Source: Anaerolineales bacterium
GTDB lineage: Bacteria; Chloroflexota; Anaerolineae; Anaerolineales; DRMV01
Reading direction: 5' to 3'
NCBI GenBank assembly: GCA_027053355.1
Contig: JALUDX010000055.1
Span: 1-52,496, forward strand
DNA: 52,496 nucleotides
Made by a program: the position numbers and the translations under genes. Below, piece after piece: positions 40,267 to 50,050 of this stretch (the first letter of the stretch is position 1; the number at the start of each line of letters is the position of its first letter). The notes below the pieces were generated by a model, which made no database searches, had not been told where the DNA came from, and saw only the letters and a program-made list of their open reading frames with translations.

Positions 40267-41183
40267 TCTGCGGCCCAGGCGCGTAGGCGTGCCGGGTAGC
40301 CTTGCTGGTATTGGGCAAAGAAGGCGGCCAGCCCCTCCCGCCAGGAGGGCAAAGGGTGGCCCAGGGCGTTGGCCAGTTTGTCGTTGCGCAGGGTGAGGCG
40401 GGGCGCGCGCCGCGCGGCCAGCCCGGCCTGGGCTACCGACGCGGGGCGGATGAGCGCGGGAGGGTAGCCAAAGCGCCGCGCCAGGGCTACGCCAAAGGCG
40501 TATTTGCTCAGGCAGGCCGAGCCGGTGGCATGGAACACGCCGGCCAGGCGGGCTGTCAGCACTTCCAAAATGAGCCGTGCCAGGTGGTTGGCCAGCAAGG
40601 GGCAGAAAAAGACGTCGGTAAAGCCATTCATCGGCCGCCTGGCCTGCAAATTGTGCAAAAACCACTCGGCCAGGCTGCGCGTGCCGGAGAGGCTCCAGCC
40701 GAAGAAGTTGACCCGCAGCACCGCGGCCTGGGGGTAGGCCGCCAACACGGCTTGTTCACCGGCGAGTTTGGTGCGGGCGTAGGTGCTAAGGGGGCGGGGG
40801 GCGTCGTCTTCGGTGTAGCCCCCGCGCGCGCCGTCGAAGACCGCGTCGGTGGAAATGTGCACCAGCGGGATGCCGTCGGCCGCGGCCAGGGCGGCAATTT
40901 CGCCGGGGAGGGCGGCGTTCAACTGCCGGGCCAAAGCGGGCTGGTGTTCGCACGCGTCCAGATGGGCGAGGGCTGCAGTGTGCACCACCGCGTCGGGCCG
41001 CGCCCAGGCCCACACCGCGGCCAGGGCGCCCGGCCGGGATAAATCGGCCTGCTGCACGGCAAAGGGCGCTGCAGGCAAAGAGCGCCGCCCGGCAACGCCC
41101 AACACCTCGTGGCCGTGGCGGTGGGCTTCCCAGGCCAGGTTGAGGCCCAGCAATCCCGTGACGCCGGTGATGAGCAGACGCAT
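40242..41183 (-). CDS. RmlD-like NAD(P)-dependent sugar-nucleotide 4-keto reductase
   Basis: Motifs LITGVTGLLG and STDAVFDG...YTEDD...PLSTYARTKLAGE. ATG 41183 is used; the upstream ORF extension is repeat-derived. Confidence 0.78.
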   Translation of the reverse strand: MRLLITGVTGLLGLNLAWEAHRHGHEVLGVAGRRSLPAAPFAVQQADLSRPGALAAVWAWARPDAVVHTAALAHLDACEHQPALARQLNAALPGEIAALAAADGIPLVHISTDAVFDGARGGYTEDDAPRPLSTYARTKLAGEQAVLAAYPQAAVLRVNFFGWSLSGTRSLAEWFLHNLQARRPMNGFTDVFFCPLLANHLARLILEVLTARLAGVFHATGSACLSKYAFGVALARRFGYPPALIRPASVAQAGLAARRAPRLTLRNDKLANALGHPLPSWREGLAAFFAQYQQGYPARLRAWAAEATNQATK

Positions 41184-41262
41184 GGGGTAGGTTCCTGGGG
41201 AGGGATGGGGGGAGTGGGGTGTTAAGGGATTAGGGTACTGAGGGATTGGGGGATTGGGGTGC
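41184..41262. repeat. G-run (GGGATT/GGGG) module; C-rich on the sense strand directly upstream of the RmlD-like ATG
   Basis: At least 9 runs of 3 or more G within 79 nt on the plus strand. GTACTGAGGGATTGGGG is shared with 19196-19222. Confidence 0.8.
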
Positions 41263-41426
41263 TGATTTTTAAGCCGCCAAGGTCGCCAAGATGACGCCAA
41301 GACCGCCAAGAAGCGAGGGCGAGAGAGGGCTTTTTAGTGTTTTTCGCCCAATCTTACTCATCTGTGGATCTCTTTCTGCGTAATCTGCGTAATCTGTGGT
41401 TTCTTCTTGCCAAGGCTGAACAGTGA
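41262..41426 (-). mobile_element. A-type MITE lacking one terminus (copy A8)
   Basis: GCCAAGGTCGCCAAGATGACGCCAAGACCGCCAAGAAG ... CTGCGTAATCTGTGGTTTCTTCTTGCCAAGGCTGAACAGTGAC. Confidence 0.7.
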
Positions 41427-41432
41427 CGCGGC

Positions 41433-42410
41433 TTAGAGAGATTGCACCATTTCGCGAATTTGCTCGACGGTGAGCCATTCGCTGTTGGTGTTGCTGGCGT
41501 AGCGGAAGCCTTCGGGCAGGGGGCGTCCCCGGTCTTGCCAGGCGTAGCCAAACCACAGGGCTTCGGCCGGTTGAATGACGAACATGTCATCCAGTTCCAC
41601 CGTGTGGCGGGCTTCGTCTTCGTTCACCAGCACCTCGTGCAGTCTTTCGCCCGGGCGGATGCCGATGATTTCTACCTGGGCATCGGGCGCGATGGCCTTG
41701 GCCAAGTCGGTGACTTTGGTGCTGGGGAGTTTGGGCACGAACACCTCGCCGCCTTCCATCTGTTCGATGCAGCGGATGACGAAGCGGACGCCCTGTTCCA
41801 GAGAGAGCCAGAAGCGGGTCATGCGGGGGTCGGTGATGGTCAGCCGACCGGTTTGGCGCTGCTGGAGGAAGAGGGGCACCACGCTGCCCCGGCTGCCCAC
41901 CACGTTGCCGTAACGGGTGCAACTGAAACGGGTGGCCGTGCCCGCGGCGTAGGCGTTGCTCTGCACGAAAAGTTTTTCCGCGGCCAGTTTGGTGGCGCCG
42001 TAAAGGTTGACCGGGTTGACGGCTTTGTCGGTGCTCAGGGCCAGCACCCGTTTCACTCCCGCGTCCAAGGCGGCTTCGATGACGTTGCTGCTGCCGAGGA
42101 TGTTGGTTTTGATGGCTTCCATGGGGTTGTATTCGCACGCGGGCACTTGCTTGAGCGCCGCGGCGTGCACCACGATGTCCACGCCGTGCAAGGCGCGGCG
42201 CAGGCGCTCGCGGTCGCGCACGTCGCCGATGAAGTAGCGCAGGTTGGGCTGGTCGAAACCGGCCACGCGCATTTCGTGCTGTTTCAGTTCGTCGCGGCTG
42301 AAGACGATGAGTTTCTTGGGTTGAAACTCCCGCTGCACGATTTCGACGAACTTCTTGCCGAAGGAACCGGTGCCGCCGGTCACCAAAATCACTTGGTCTT
42401 GCCAATTCAT
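41433..42410 (-). CDS. UDP-sugar 4,6-dehydratase, PseB/CapD-like
   Basis: Motifs ILVTGGTGSFGK, HAAALKQVP, STDKAVNPVNLYGATK and IRPGE. The ATG overlaps the upstream stop (ATGA). Confidence 0.87.
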   Translation of the reverse strand: MNWQDQVILVTGGTGSFGKKFVEIVQREFQPKKLIVFSRDELKQHEMRVAGFDQPNLRYFIGDVRDRERLRRALHGVDIVVHAAALKQVPACEYNPMEAIKTNILGSSNVIEAALDAGVKRVLALSTDKAVNPVNLYGATKLAAEKLFVQSNAYAAGTATRFSCTRYGNVVGSRGSVVPLFLQQRQTGRLTITDPRMTRFWLSLEQGVRFVIRCIEQMEGGEVFVPKLPSTKVTDLAKAIAPDAQVEIIGIRPGERLHEVLVNEDEARHTVELDDMFVIQPAEALWFGYAWQDRGRPLPEGFRYASNTNSEWLTVEQIREMVQSL

Positions 42411-44014
42411 GACACATCCTCGCGGGAAGGAGATTCCCAGGGCAGAGGCGCGCCGACGAAGCAGGCGATGGTCTTTGCCCAGGGGCTGGTGGGGTTCCAC
42501 ACTTCAGGCCACGGGTGACGGCGGACGTCCTCTTCCATGAAGTGCAGATGCCAGGGGAAGGGCAGGGGGTAGTCAAAGAAGAAGTGGTAGGCGTATTTCC
42601 AGGCCAAGGCGATCTGCTGCTCGGAAAGGCGGAAGCGCTGCGGCGCGCGGGTGAGGGCGTCCAAAGTCTGCCAGTAGTCGTCCCAGGTGGTGGGGTCGAG
42701 GGTGAAGCCGCGACCGCGGTAGTGGGTTTTCCCGGCCACCACCACGGGCAGGCCGCTCATGGCCATTTCCAGCCCCACGGTGGTGGTGAAGACCAGCCCG
42801 GCCGCGGCGGTTTCGATCAGGTCGTAGGTGTTGACCTTCGCGTCGGCGGGCACCAGGTGGATGTGTTCGGGCAGGCGAGGCAGCGCGTGGCGCACTTCCT
42901 CGGCCAAAGAGGTGCCCTTCACCCGCTGTTCGCCGGGGTGGATGCGAACCACCAGTTGCACCTCAGGGTGGCGGGCAAAATAGCGCACGGTTTCGCGCAC
43001 CCACTCGGCCATGCTGCGGGTGAACACTTCCCGCCCGAGCACCAAACTATCGCCCTGGACGTTGGTGGCCATGAGGAAGAGGGGCCGGCCGTCGAGCCCT
43101 AAGGCGCGGCGGGCTTGTTCGCCGCTTTGGCTGGGCGCGTCTTGCCAGCGCCGCGAGAAGTTGGCCCACAGCCGCCCCCCGCGGCGGGCGGCAAAGAGTT
43201 CCTTGACCTGCTCCCACTGGGACGGGCTAAGGGGGCGCTGGTGCACGGCCTGCCACAGCGCGGTGGTGTCTTGCAGCATGACCTGCGCGTTTTGGGCTAT
43301 CCAAACCCGGTCGCGCTGCTCGCCAAATTCGTAGGTGACCACCGGGATGTCCAAATAGCGGGCGGTGTGGTAGGCCGCGCCAAAGGCCAAGATGGAGCCG
43401 TTGGGCACGATCACCACGTCGGGGCGTTGACGCTGCCACAGGGCCAACAGCGCCCGCGCGGTGGCCGTGTTGCGGCTGTGGCGGAGGCGGTACAAGGGGC
43501 TGTGAGGGTCGGGCGTCTCGACCTGTTGGGTGTATTGCACGTCGAAGCGGGTGACCTCTTCCACCGCCTGGGCCAGCGGCGACGGCAGCGCGGGGGCGTG
43601 GGGTCGCGGCCAGAGGGGCAAGGGGGTGAACGCGGCCTCACCAGGCCGCAACATGCGCGCCAGGTAGGCGTTCATCCGCCGCAGGTCGAAGCGCGACACG
43701 CGCGTCCACCAATCGGGGTAGGGCAGGTAGCCCAGCGTCACCCGATGCCCCAGCCCGGCCAGGCCCAGGGCCACCAGGGTGGTGTGGGCAATCCACAGGC
43801 GCAGCGCGGCCACGAGGAACACGCGCTGCCCCTGCGCCGCGGGCGCGGCAGCCGCTTGGGCCTGCGCCGCCCATTGGGGAAGGTGCGCGGCCACCTGCGG
43901 CAGGCGCATTTTCCCCACCGCCGCGCCTCGTTGCCGCAGCCACCAGTAGGTTTCCGCGGTCAGGGGCACCTGCCCCAGCACCTCTTTGAGCGCCCGGCGC
44001 AGAGAGCCTTTCAT
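42407..44014 (-). CDS. capsule-polysaccharide biosynthesis protein (KpsS/KpsC-like glycosyltransferase)
   Basis: 535 aa. ...FLMATNVQGDSLVLG ... VVRIHPGE ... TTTVGLEMAMSGLPVVVAG ... resembles the Capsule_synth family. Confidence 0.6.
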   Translation of the reverse strand: MKGSLRRALKEVLGQVPLTAETYWWLRQRGAAVGKMRLPQVAAHLPQWAAQAQAAAAPAAQGQRVFLVAALRLWIAHTTLVALGLAGLGHRVTLGYLPYPDWWTRVSRFDLRRMNAYLARMLRPGEAAFTPLPLWPRPHAPALPSPLAQAVEEVTRFDVQYTQQVETPDPHSPLYRLRHSRNTATARALLALWQRQRPDVVIVPNGSILAFGAAYHTARYLDIPVVTYEFGEQRDRVWIAQNAQVMLQDTTALWQAVHQRPLSPSQWEQVKELFAARRGGRLWANFSRRWQDAPSQSGEQARRALGLDGRPLFLMATNVQGDSLVLGREVFTRSMAEWVRETVRYFARHPEVQLVVRIHPGEQRVKGTSLAEEVRHALPRLPEHIHLVPADAKVNTYDLIETAAAGLVFTTTVGLEMAMSGLPVVVAGKTHYRGRGFTLDPTTWDDYWQTLDALTRAPQRFRLSEQQIALAWKYAYHFFFDYPLPFPWHLHFMEEDVRRHPWPEVWNPTSPWAKTIACFVGAPLPWESPSREDVS

Positions 44015-45288
44015 GGCGCGGCCTCGGTCTCTTGGGGTTCGATGGCCCAGGTCAGCCGAGGGCGAATCAGGCCCACCCGCTTTTCAGGCCAATGGCTGCC
44101 GGGCGCGCCGGTGGCATCGACGTGAAAAGCCACCGCGTTGTCTTCTTGAAAATACCGTTTGACCCGGTAGGCGCTGGCGTTGACCGAGAGCAGATAGCGC
44201 CCGCCGTTGAGCAAATCGGCCGGGATGACGCAACGGCTGACATAGCGCCCGGCCGGGCGGGTAGCCCACCGCTGATAGTGCTCCGCGTCGTCGGTGTCGA
44301 ACGAGGCGAACACGTACTCCCCGCGCATACTGAGCAGGTAAATGCCCACCCGCAAGCCCTGAACGGGCTGGTGCAGTCGGTACGCCACCTCCACGGTCAC
44401 CGGCTCGGTGGAGCGGACGGTATCGGTGACGCGGCCCCGGGCATCTTTGACCCGCAGCGTGAGGGGTTGGAAGGGGTAAGCCGAGGCCGGAATTTCTTCG
44501 GGTTGCCAGGTGCGTTCCCCCGCGCCATGCACTGCCGTGGCCAGGTAGTGGTCGACTGCCTCGGGGGTAGGGCCGTGGAACACGATGCGCCCCTTGTCCA
44601 ACACGATGGTCTCTTCGGTCAGGTTGAGGATGGCCGACATGTTGTGGCTGACGAACAACACGGTGCGCCCGCCCTGAGCGACGTCGCTCATGCGGCCCAG
44701 GCACTTCTTCTGAAAGGCCGCGTCGCCGACGGCCAACACCTCGTCGACCACCAGGATTTCCGGCTCCAGGTGGGCGGCCACGGCAAAGGCCAGGCGGACG
44801 TACATGCCGCTGGAATACCGCTTGACCGGGGTATCTAGAAACCGCCCGATTTCGGAGAACGCCACGATTTCATCAAATTTATGTTCAATTTCTTCGCGGC
44901 GCATCCCCAAAATCGCGCCGTTGAGGTAGATGTTTTCCCGACCGGTCAACTCAGGGTGAAAACCGGTGCCCACCTCCAGTAAGGAACCCACCCGGCCGCG
45001 AATTTCGGCATAGCCCTCGGTGGGCTCGGTGACCCGGGAGAGGATCTTGAGCAGCGTGGACTTGCCCGCGCCGTTGCGGCCGATGATGCCCAACACCTTG
45101 CCCTGGGGGACGTCGAAAGAGACGTGGCGCAGCGCCCAGAGGATATCTTCGCGGGGCCGCGCCGCGGCGCGGCGGCGGAAGAGGGAGGTCGCCGCCTGCG
45201 CCAAGGCATCGCGCAGGGTGGCGTAGGCATCCATCTGCCGCCCCAGGTGGTAGCGTTTGCCGAGGTCGTGAACACGGAGGGCGTACAT
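44011..45288 (-). CDS. wzt: glycan-export ABC transporter ATP-binding protein with C-terminal carbohydrate-binding-type domain
   Basis: Motifs GRNGAGKST, YSSGMYVRLAFA and LVVDEVLAVGD, plus a 180-aa or so C-terminal extension typical of Wzt/TagH. Confidence 0.9.
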   Translation of the reverse strand: MYALRVHDLGKRYHLGRQMDAYATLRDALAQAATSLFRRRAAARPREDILWALRHVSFDVPQGKVLGIIGRNGAGKSTLLKILSRVTEPTEGYAEIRGRVGSLLEVGTGFHPELTGRENIYLNGAILGMRREEIEHKFDEIVAFSEIGRFLDTPVKRYSSGMYVRLAFAVAAHLEPEILVVDEVLAVGDAAFQKKCLGRMSDVAQGGRTVLFVSHNMSAILNLTEETIVLDKGRIVFHGPTPEAVDHYLATAVHGAGERTWQPEEIPASAYPFQPLTLRVKDARGRVTDTVRSTEPVTVEVAYRLHQPVQGLRVGIYLLSMRGEYVFASFDTDDAEHYQRWATRPAGRYVSRCVIPADLLNGGRYLLSVNASAYRVKRYFQEDNAVAFHVDATGAPGSHWPEKRVGLIRPRLTWAIEPQETEAAP

Positions 45289-45294
45289 GGGGGG

Positions 45295-45342
45295 AGGAGG
45301 TTAGGAAGATAGGAAGATAGGAAGATAGGAAGATAGGAGGTT
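45295..45342. repeat. octamer tandem AGGAGGTT-(AGGAAGAT)x4-AGGAGGTT in the wzm-wzt spacer
   Basis: Four perfect copies at 45303-45334 with two flanking variant units. The sense (minus) strand reads (ATCTTCCT)n ... CCCCCC-ATG of wzt. Confidence 0.9.
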
Positions 45343-45352
45343 AGGGGGTGCG

Positions 45353-46189
45353 CTACACGCGGTCGGCGAATTGGCGCTCCATGCGGCGGAAGAAGTACAG
45401 CCCGCTCACCAACAGCAGGAAGGCGACGGCCGTAGACACCGCCAACGACGCGTCCGGCCCGGTGGGGGTGCCCAGCAGCGCCCAGCGGAAGCCGTTGACC
45501 ACCCCGGCCATGGGGTTGAGGGCGTAGAGCAGCCGCCATTTCGGCGGCACCAAGGTCGAAGAATACGCGATGGGGGTGATGAACATCCAGGCCTGGGTCA
45601 AAAAAGGCAAGGTGTAGCCCACGTCGCGGTACAGCACATTGAGCGCGGAGAGCCACAGCCCCACCCCCAGCGCGGTGATGAGGGCGAGCAGTAGAAAGGG
45701 CACCAAAGCCCACACCCGCGCGGTGGGCGCGATGCCGTAGTAGGCCATCATGGCCAAGAGCACCAGGAACGCGATGCCAAAATCGACCACGCCGCCCAAC
45801 AAAGAAGCCAAGGGAATCACCAAGCGGGGAAAATACACCTTGGTCAGCATGTTGCGGTTGGCAACCAAAGAGCGGCCAGCATCGTTGAGCGCCTTGGAAA
45901 ACAGTTGCCAGGGCAGCAGCGCGGCATACGAAAAGATGGGATAGGGGACGTTATCCGAAGGAATGTGCGCCAGCCGCCCAAAGAAGAGGGTAAACACCAC
46001 CATGGTCAAAAAGGGCTGCAAAATCGCCCACGCGGCGCCCAAAAACGTCTGCTTGTAACGCACCTTGATGTCCCGCCAGGTGAGGAAATAAACCAACTCC
46101 CTATAACGCCACACTTCCCGCAGGTTGAGGTCGAGCCAACCGCGGGAAGGGCGGATGATGATGATTTCGTCTGCTGGCGAAGGGGACAT
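45353..46189 (-). CDS. wzm: glycan-export ABC-2 permease
   Basis: 278 aa with 6 TM segments and the ABC2_membrane pattern (WRYRELVYFLTWRDIKVRYKQT). Confidence 0.88.
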   Translation of the reverse strand: MSPSPADEIIIIRPSRGWLDLNLREVWRYRELVYFLTWRDIKVRYKQTFLGAAWAILQPFLTMVVFTLFFGRLAHIPSDNVPYPIFSYAALLPWQLFSKALNDAGRSLVANRNMLTKVYFPRLVIPLASLLGGVVDFGIAFLVLLAMMAYYGIAPTARVWALVPFLLLALITALGVGLWLSALNVLYRDVGYTLPFLTQAWMFITPIAYSSTLVPPKWRLLYALNPMAGVVNGFRWALLGTPTGPDASLAVSTAVAFLLLVSGLYFFRRMERQFADRV

Positions 46190-46203
46190 AAGTACTCAGG
46201 GGG

Positions 46204-47693
<1,490 letters not shown>

Positions 47694-47924
47694 TTATTAT
47701 ACCGCATCCCTGCGGGGGCCGGGCGCGAAGGCGCGCAAACGCTGCTGGCGACCGCTCCGGCATTAGCCACCCGACACGCAACCATTCAGCGCAAAAGGGG
47801 AGTCTCAATGACGCAGGCAGAAAACCACAGAAGACATAGAGGAAGCACAGAAAACACAGAAGACTGCCAGGCAATGGGCGCAAGGGACAAGGCGTGTTAG
47901 AATGCGAAGACGGCAGACCGGGGA

Positions 47925-47940
47925 TGTTTCACGTGAAACG
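47925..47940. other. parS: parS-like ParB binding site (15/16 to TGTTTCACGTGAAACA)
   Basis: TGTTTCACGTGAAACG. Confidence 0.75.
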
Positions 47941-47961
47941 CCGGGACGCCGCGCCGCCCTC

Positions 47962-47977
47962 CGTTTCACGTGAAACA
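47962..47977. other. parS: parS-like ParB binding site (15/16 to TGTTTCACGTGAAACA)
   Basis: CGTTTCACGTGAAACA. Together with the first site it forms perfect 19-bp inverted arms (47922-47940 / 47962-47980). Confidence 0.75.
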
Positions 47978-48674
47978 TCCGCCCACCATCTCAGCGCCCA
48001 GCCCACAAGGAAACGGGGCGCAGATGACGCAGACAGAAACCACAGAAGACACAGAAAGCGGGAAGTCAAAGCGTGATCCGGGATGCGGGAAGAGGCGGGG
48101 GGCTAAAAGGCTGGGCGGCTGGTTGCCTGGTTGCCTGGTTACTCGGGTGCCCCTCCTGGCGCCTCGACGCCCGCAAACCGCGCCTATTCGCCATCATCCG
48201 CGTTCATCTGCGGGCTACCTCCTAAAGGCCGAACGGTTACAAGGGAGCAAAGAACGCCAAGGAAAAGCCCCGCATCTCCGCAGCCCCCTCGCGCCGCGCT
48301 CCACTCCCGCACCGCGCCCACCCACAGAAGCCGAGAGCATCCGTTCGATTTTCCAAAAAAAACGCCAGTCTTTCCGGTAGTGTTTCGTAAAAATCCGCCA
48401 GAAAAGCGCGGTATTCGCCAAAAATGAGAGCAAATCCAAAAAGCGGCGGCCAATCGCGCTGCTTTACCACAAAATACAGCAACGCGAGTCCGCTTATCGC
48501 GAAAATGCCGAGCGGGCGGCCGCCGCTCCCGCAGCGCGGGCTATCGAGATAAACCCCAGCGTTTACACTTGTTTTCGCGATAACGGCGCATCATCTTGCG
48601 AATTTCAGGAAAAGCGATAGTGTTTCCCGAAAAGTGCTCTGCGTAAGCGCGCGAACAGAGAAAAGGAGGGTAGT

Positions 48675-49436
48675 ATGCGAGGTATTTTGCGATTCTTGGG
48701 CACAAAAAAGACGCTGCCGTTCAGCCGACGGCGGGTGGCCGTGGCCATTGCCGTGTTCCTAACCGCCCTCGCCGCGGTGGCCCTGGTCGCAGGGCCGAAG
48801 GTGCGTGGTTTTTGGCGTACCTGGCCGCGCACCCGCCGCTTGCTCGACTTCTTGCGCGCCCCCCAACAACACCCCGACTGGCTTATCCCCGCGCAGAGCC
48901 GCTGCGGGCAGGCGCCCTTCCGCTTCCCCACCACCGGCTACATCGGCTACCTGTGGGGCGACATCTTCCACCCCTTCCATGAACATCAGGGCATCGACAT
49001 TTTCGGCGGCACCGAACCCGGCATCACCCCGGTTTACGCCGCCTACGACGGCTACCTCACCCGCGAGGCCAACTGGGTGGCCTCGGTCATCATCCGCCAC
49101 CACGACCCCCTGCAGCCGGGGCGCACTATCTGGACCTACTACACCCACATGGCCGACCCTGAGGGGCGCTCTTTCGTTCAATTCCCGCCCAACACCCACG
49201 ACCTTTTCGTGCGGCAGGGTACGTTGTTGGGCTACCAGGGCAACTATTCTGGCAACCGTTTACGCCCCACCGGCGTGCATCTCCATTTTTCCATCGTTTT
49301 GGACGATGGGCACGGCCACTATCGCAACGAATTGCGCATCGAAAACACCCTCGACCCCTCGCCCTACCTGGGAATACCCCTCGACGCCCGCCGCGTGCCT
49401 GCCCAGCAGGTGCCCCGTTGCCCCACCACACCTTGA
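48675..49436 (+). CDS. M23 (LytM-type) metallopeptidase with N-terminal membrane anchor
   Basis: Motifs HQGIDIF (HxxxD) and GVHLHFSI (HxH). AAAGGAGGG RBS. Confidence 0.88.
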   Translation: MRGILRFLGTKKTLPFSRRRVAVAIAVFLTALAAVALVAGPKVRGFWRTWPRTRRLLDFLRAPQQHPDWLIPAQSRCGQAPFRFPTTGYIGYLWGDIFHPFHEHQGIDIFGGTEPGITPVYAAYDGYLTREANWVASVIIRHHDPLQPGRTIWTYYTHMADPEGRSFVQFPPNTHDLFVRQGTLLGYQGNYSGNRLRPTGVHLHFSIVLDDGHGHYRNELRIENTLDPSPYLGIPLDARRVPAQQVPRCPTTP

Positions 49437-49542
49437 GGCTTACCCTGCCTCCATAGGCCACGGCGCGAACCGAGAAAACCCGTCGGCCCCGCGCGTTATC
49501 GGGTACAATTGAGGCGTTCGTCCTTTGCAACCCTTCGGCCTC

Positions 49543-49780
49543 GTGTTCAGCCTTTGGGAAGCAGCCCACGGATGAACGCGGATGATGGCGGATAGATGCG
49601 GATTTTAGGGCGCCGAGGGCGCCGGGAGAGGCACCTGAGTAACCAAGCAACCAGCCCCCCAACCCTTTAGCGCCTCACCTCTTCCCGCATCCCGGATCAC
49701 GCTTTGACTTCCCGCTTTCTGTGTCTTCTGTGGTTTCCGTCTGCGTCATCCGCAGCGTCTCTTTGAGGCCAAACAGTTAC
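49543..49780 (-). mobile_element. mosaic MITE (D-type), inverted relative to 47778..48240
   Basis: The reverse complement matches 48015-48240. About 75 nt are near-identical (GATGACGCAGAC.GAAACCACAGAAGACACAGAAAGCGGGAAGTCAAAGCGTGATCCGGGATGCGGGAAGAGG). The terminus is GGCCAAACAGTTAC. Confidence 0.7.
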
Positions 49781-50021
49781 TCGGCCTCGAGAAAATCGGC
49801 CACGGATGACGCGGATGGCAACGGTTTCCCGCGGATTTTTGGGTCGCCAAGTAACGCAAAGGCGCAGAAAGGGAAGCGCCAAGATGATGCCGAGACCGCC
49901 AAGAAACGAGGCTGGGCGTTGCACTTTTTAGTGTTTTTCGCCCAATCTGTGCTCATCTGTGAAATCTATGGATGTCTTTCTGCGTAATCTGCGGTTGCTC
50001 CTCACCAAGGCTGAACAGTTG
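49781..50021 (-). mobile_element. A-type MITE directly abutting the D-type copy (copy A9)
   Basis: GCCAAGATGATGCCGAGACCGCCAAGAAACGAGG ... CTGCGTAATCTGCGGTTGCTCCTCACCAAGGCTGAACAGTTG. Confidence 0.65.
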
Positions 50022-50050
50022 TCATCCTTTTCGCCCTTTGGCAGGTTCTC

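Larger units (their letters stand above)
47778..48240 (+). mobile_element. composite/duplicated mosaic MITE (D-type) with internal non-repeat insert carrying parS sites
   Basis: Left TIR GCAACCATTCAGCG and right TIR GGCCGAACGGTTAC. The ATGACGCAGRCAGAAAACCACAGAAGACA module occurs twice, at about 47806 and about 48021. Confidence 0.6.

Noticed and set aside
40216-40665. A 150-aa N-terminal extension of the EndoQ-UvrD ORF, and similar extensions for 41184..41309, 42411..42500, 22865..23002 and 14395..14622.
   Set aside because: The extensions overlap the 3' end of the upstream gene or repeat arrays and have no protein-like sequence. Internal ATG/GTG starts coincide with the start of homology-like motifs.
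48237-48482. An 81-aa minus-strand ORF (TTG start) upstream of the M23 gene, considered as an intact small membrane protein.
   Set aside because: Only the first 50 aa or so look protein-like. The rest is translation of MITE sequence, and the only start is a TTG without an RBS. It is probably a truncated gene remnant, so it is not annotated as a CDS.
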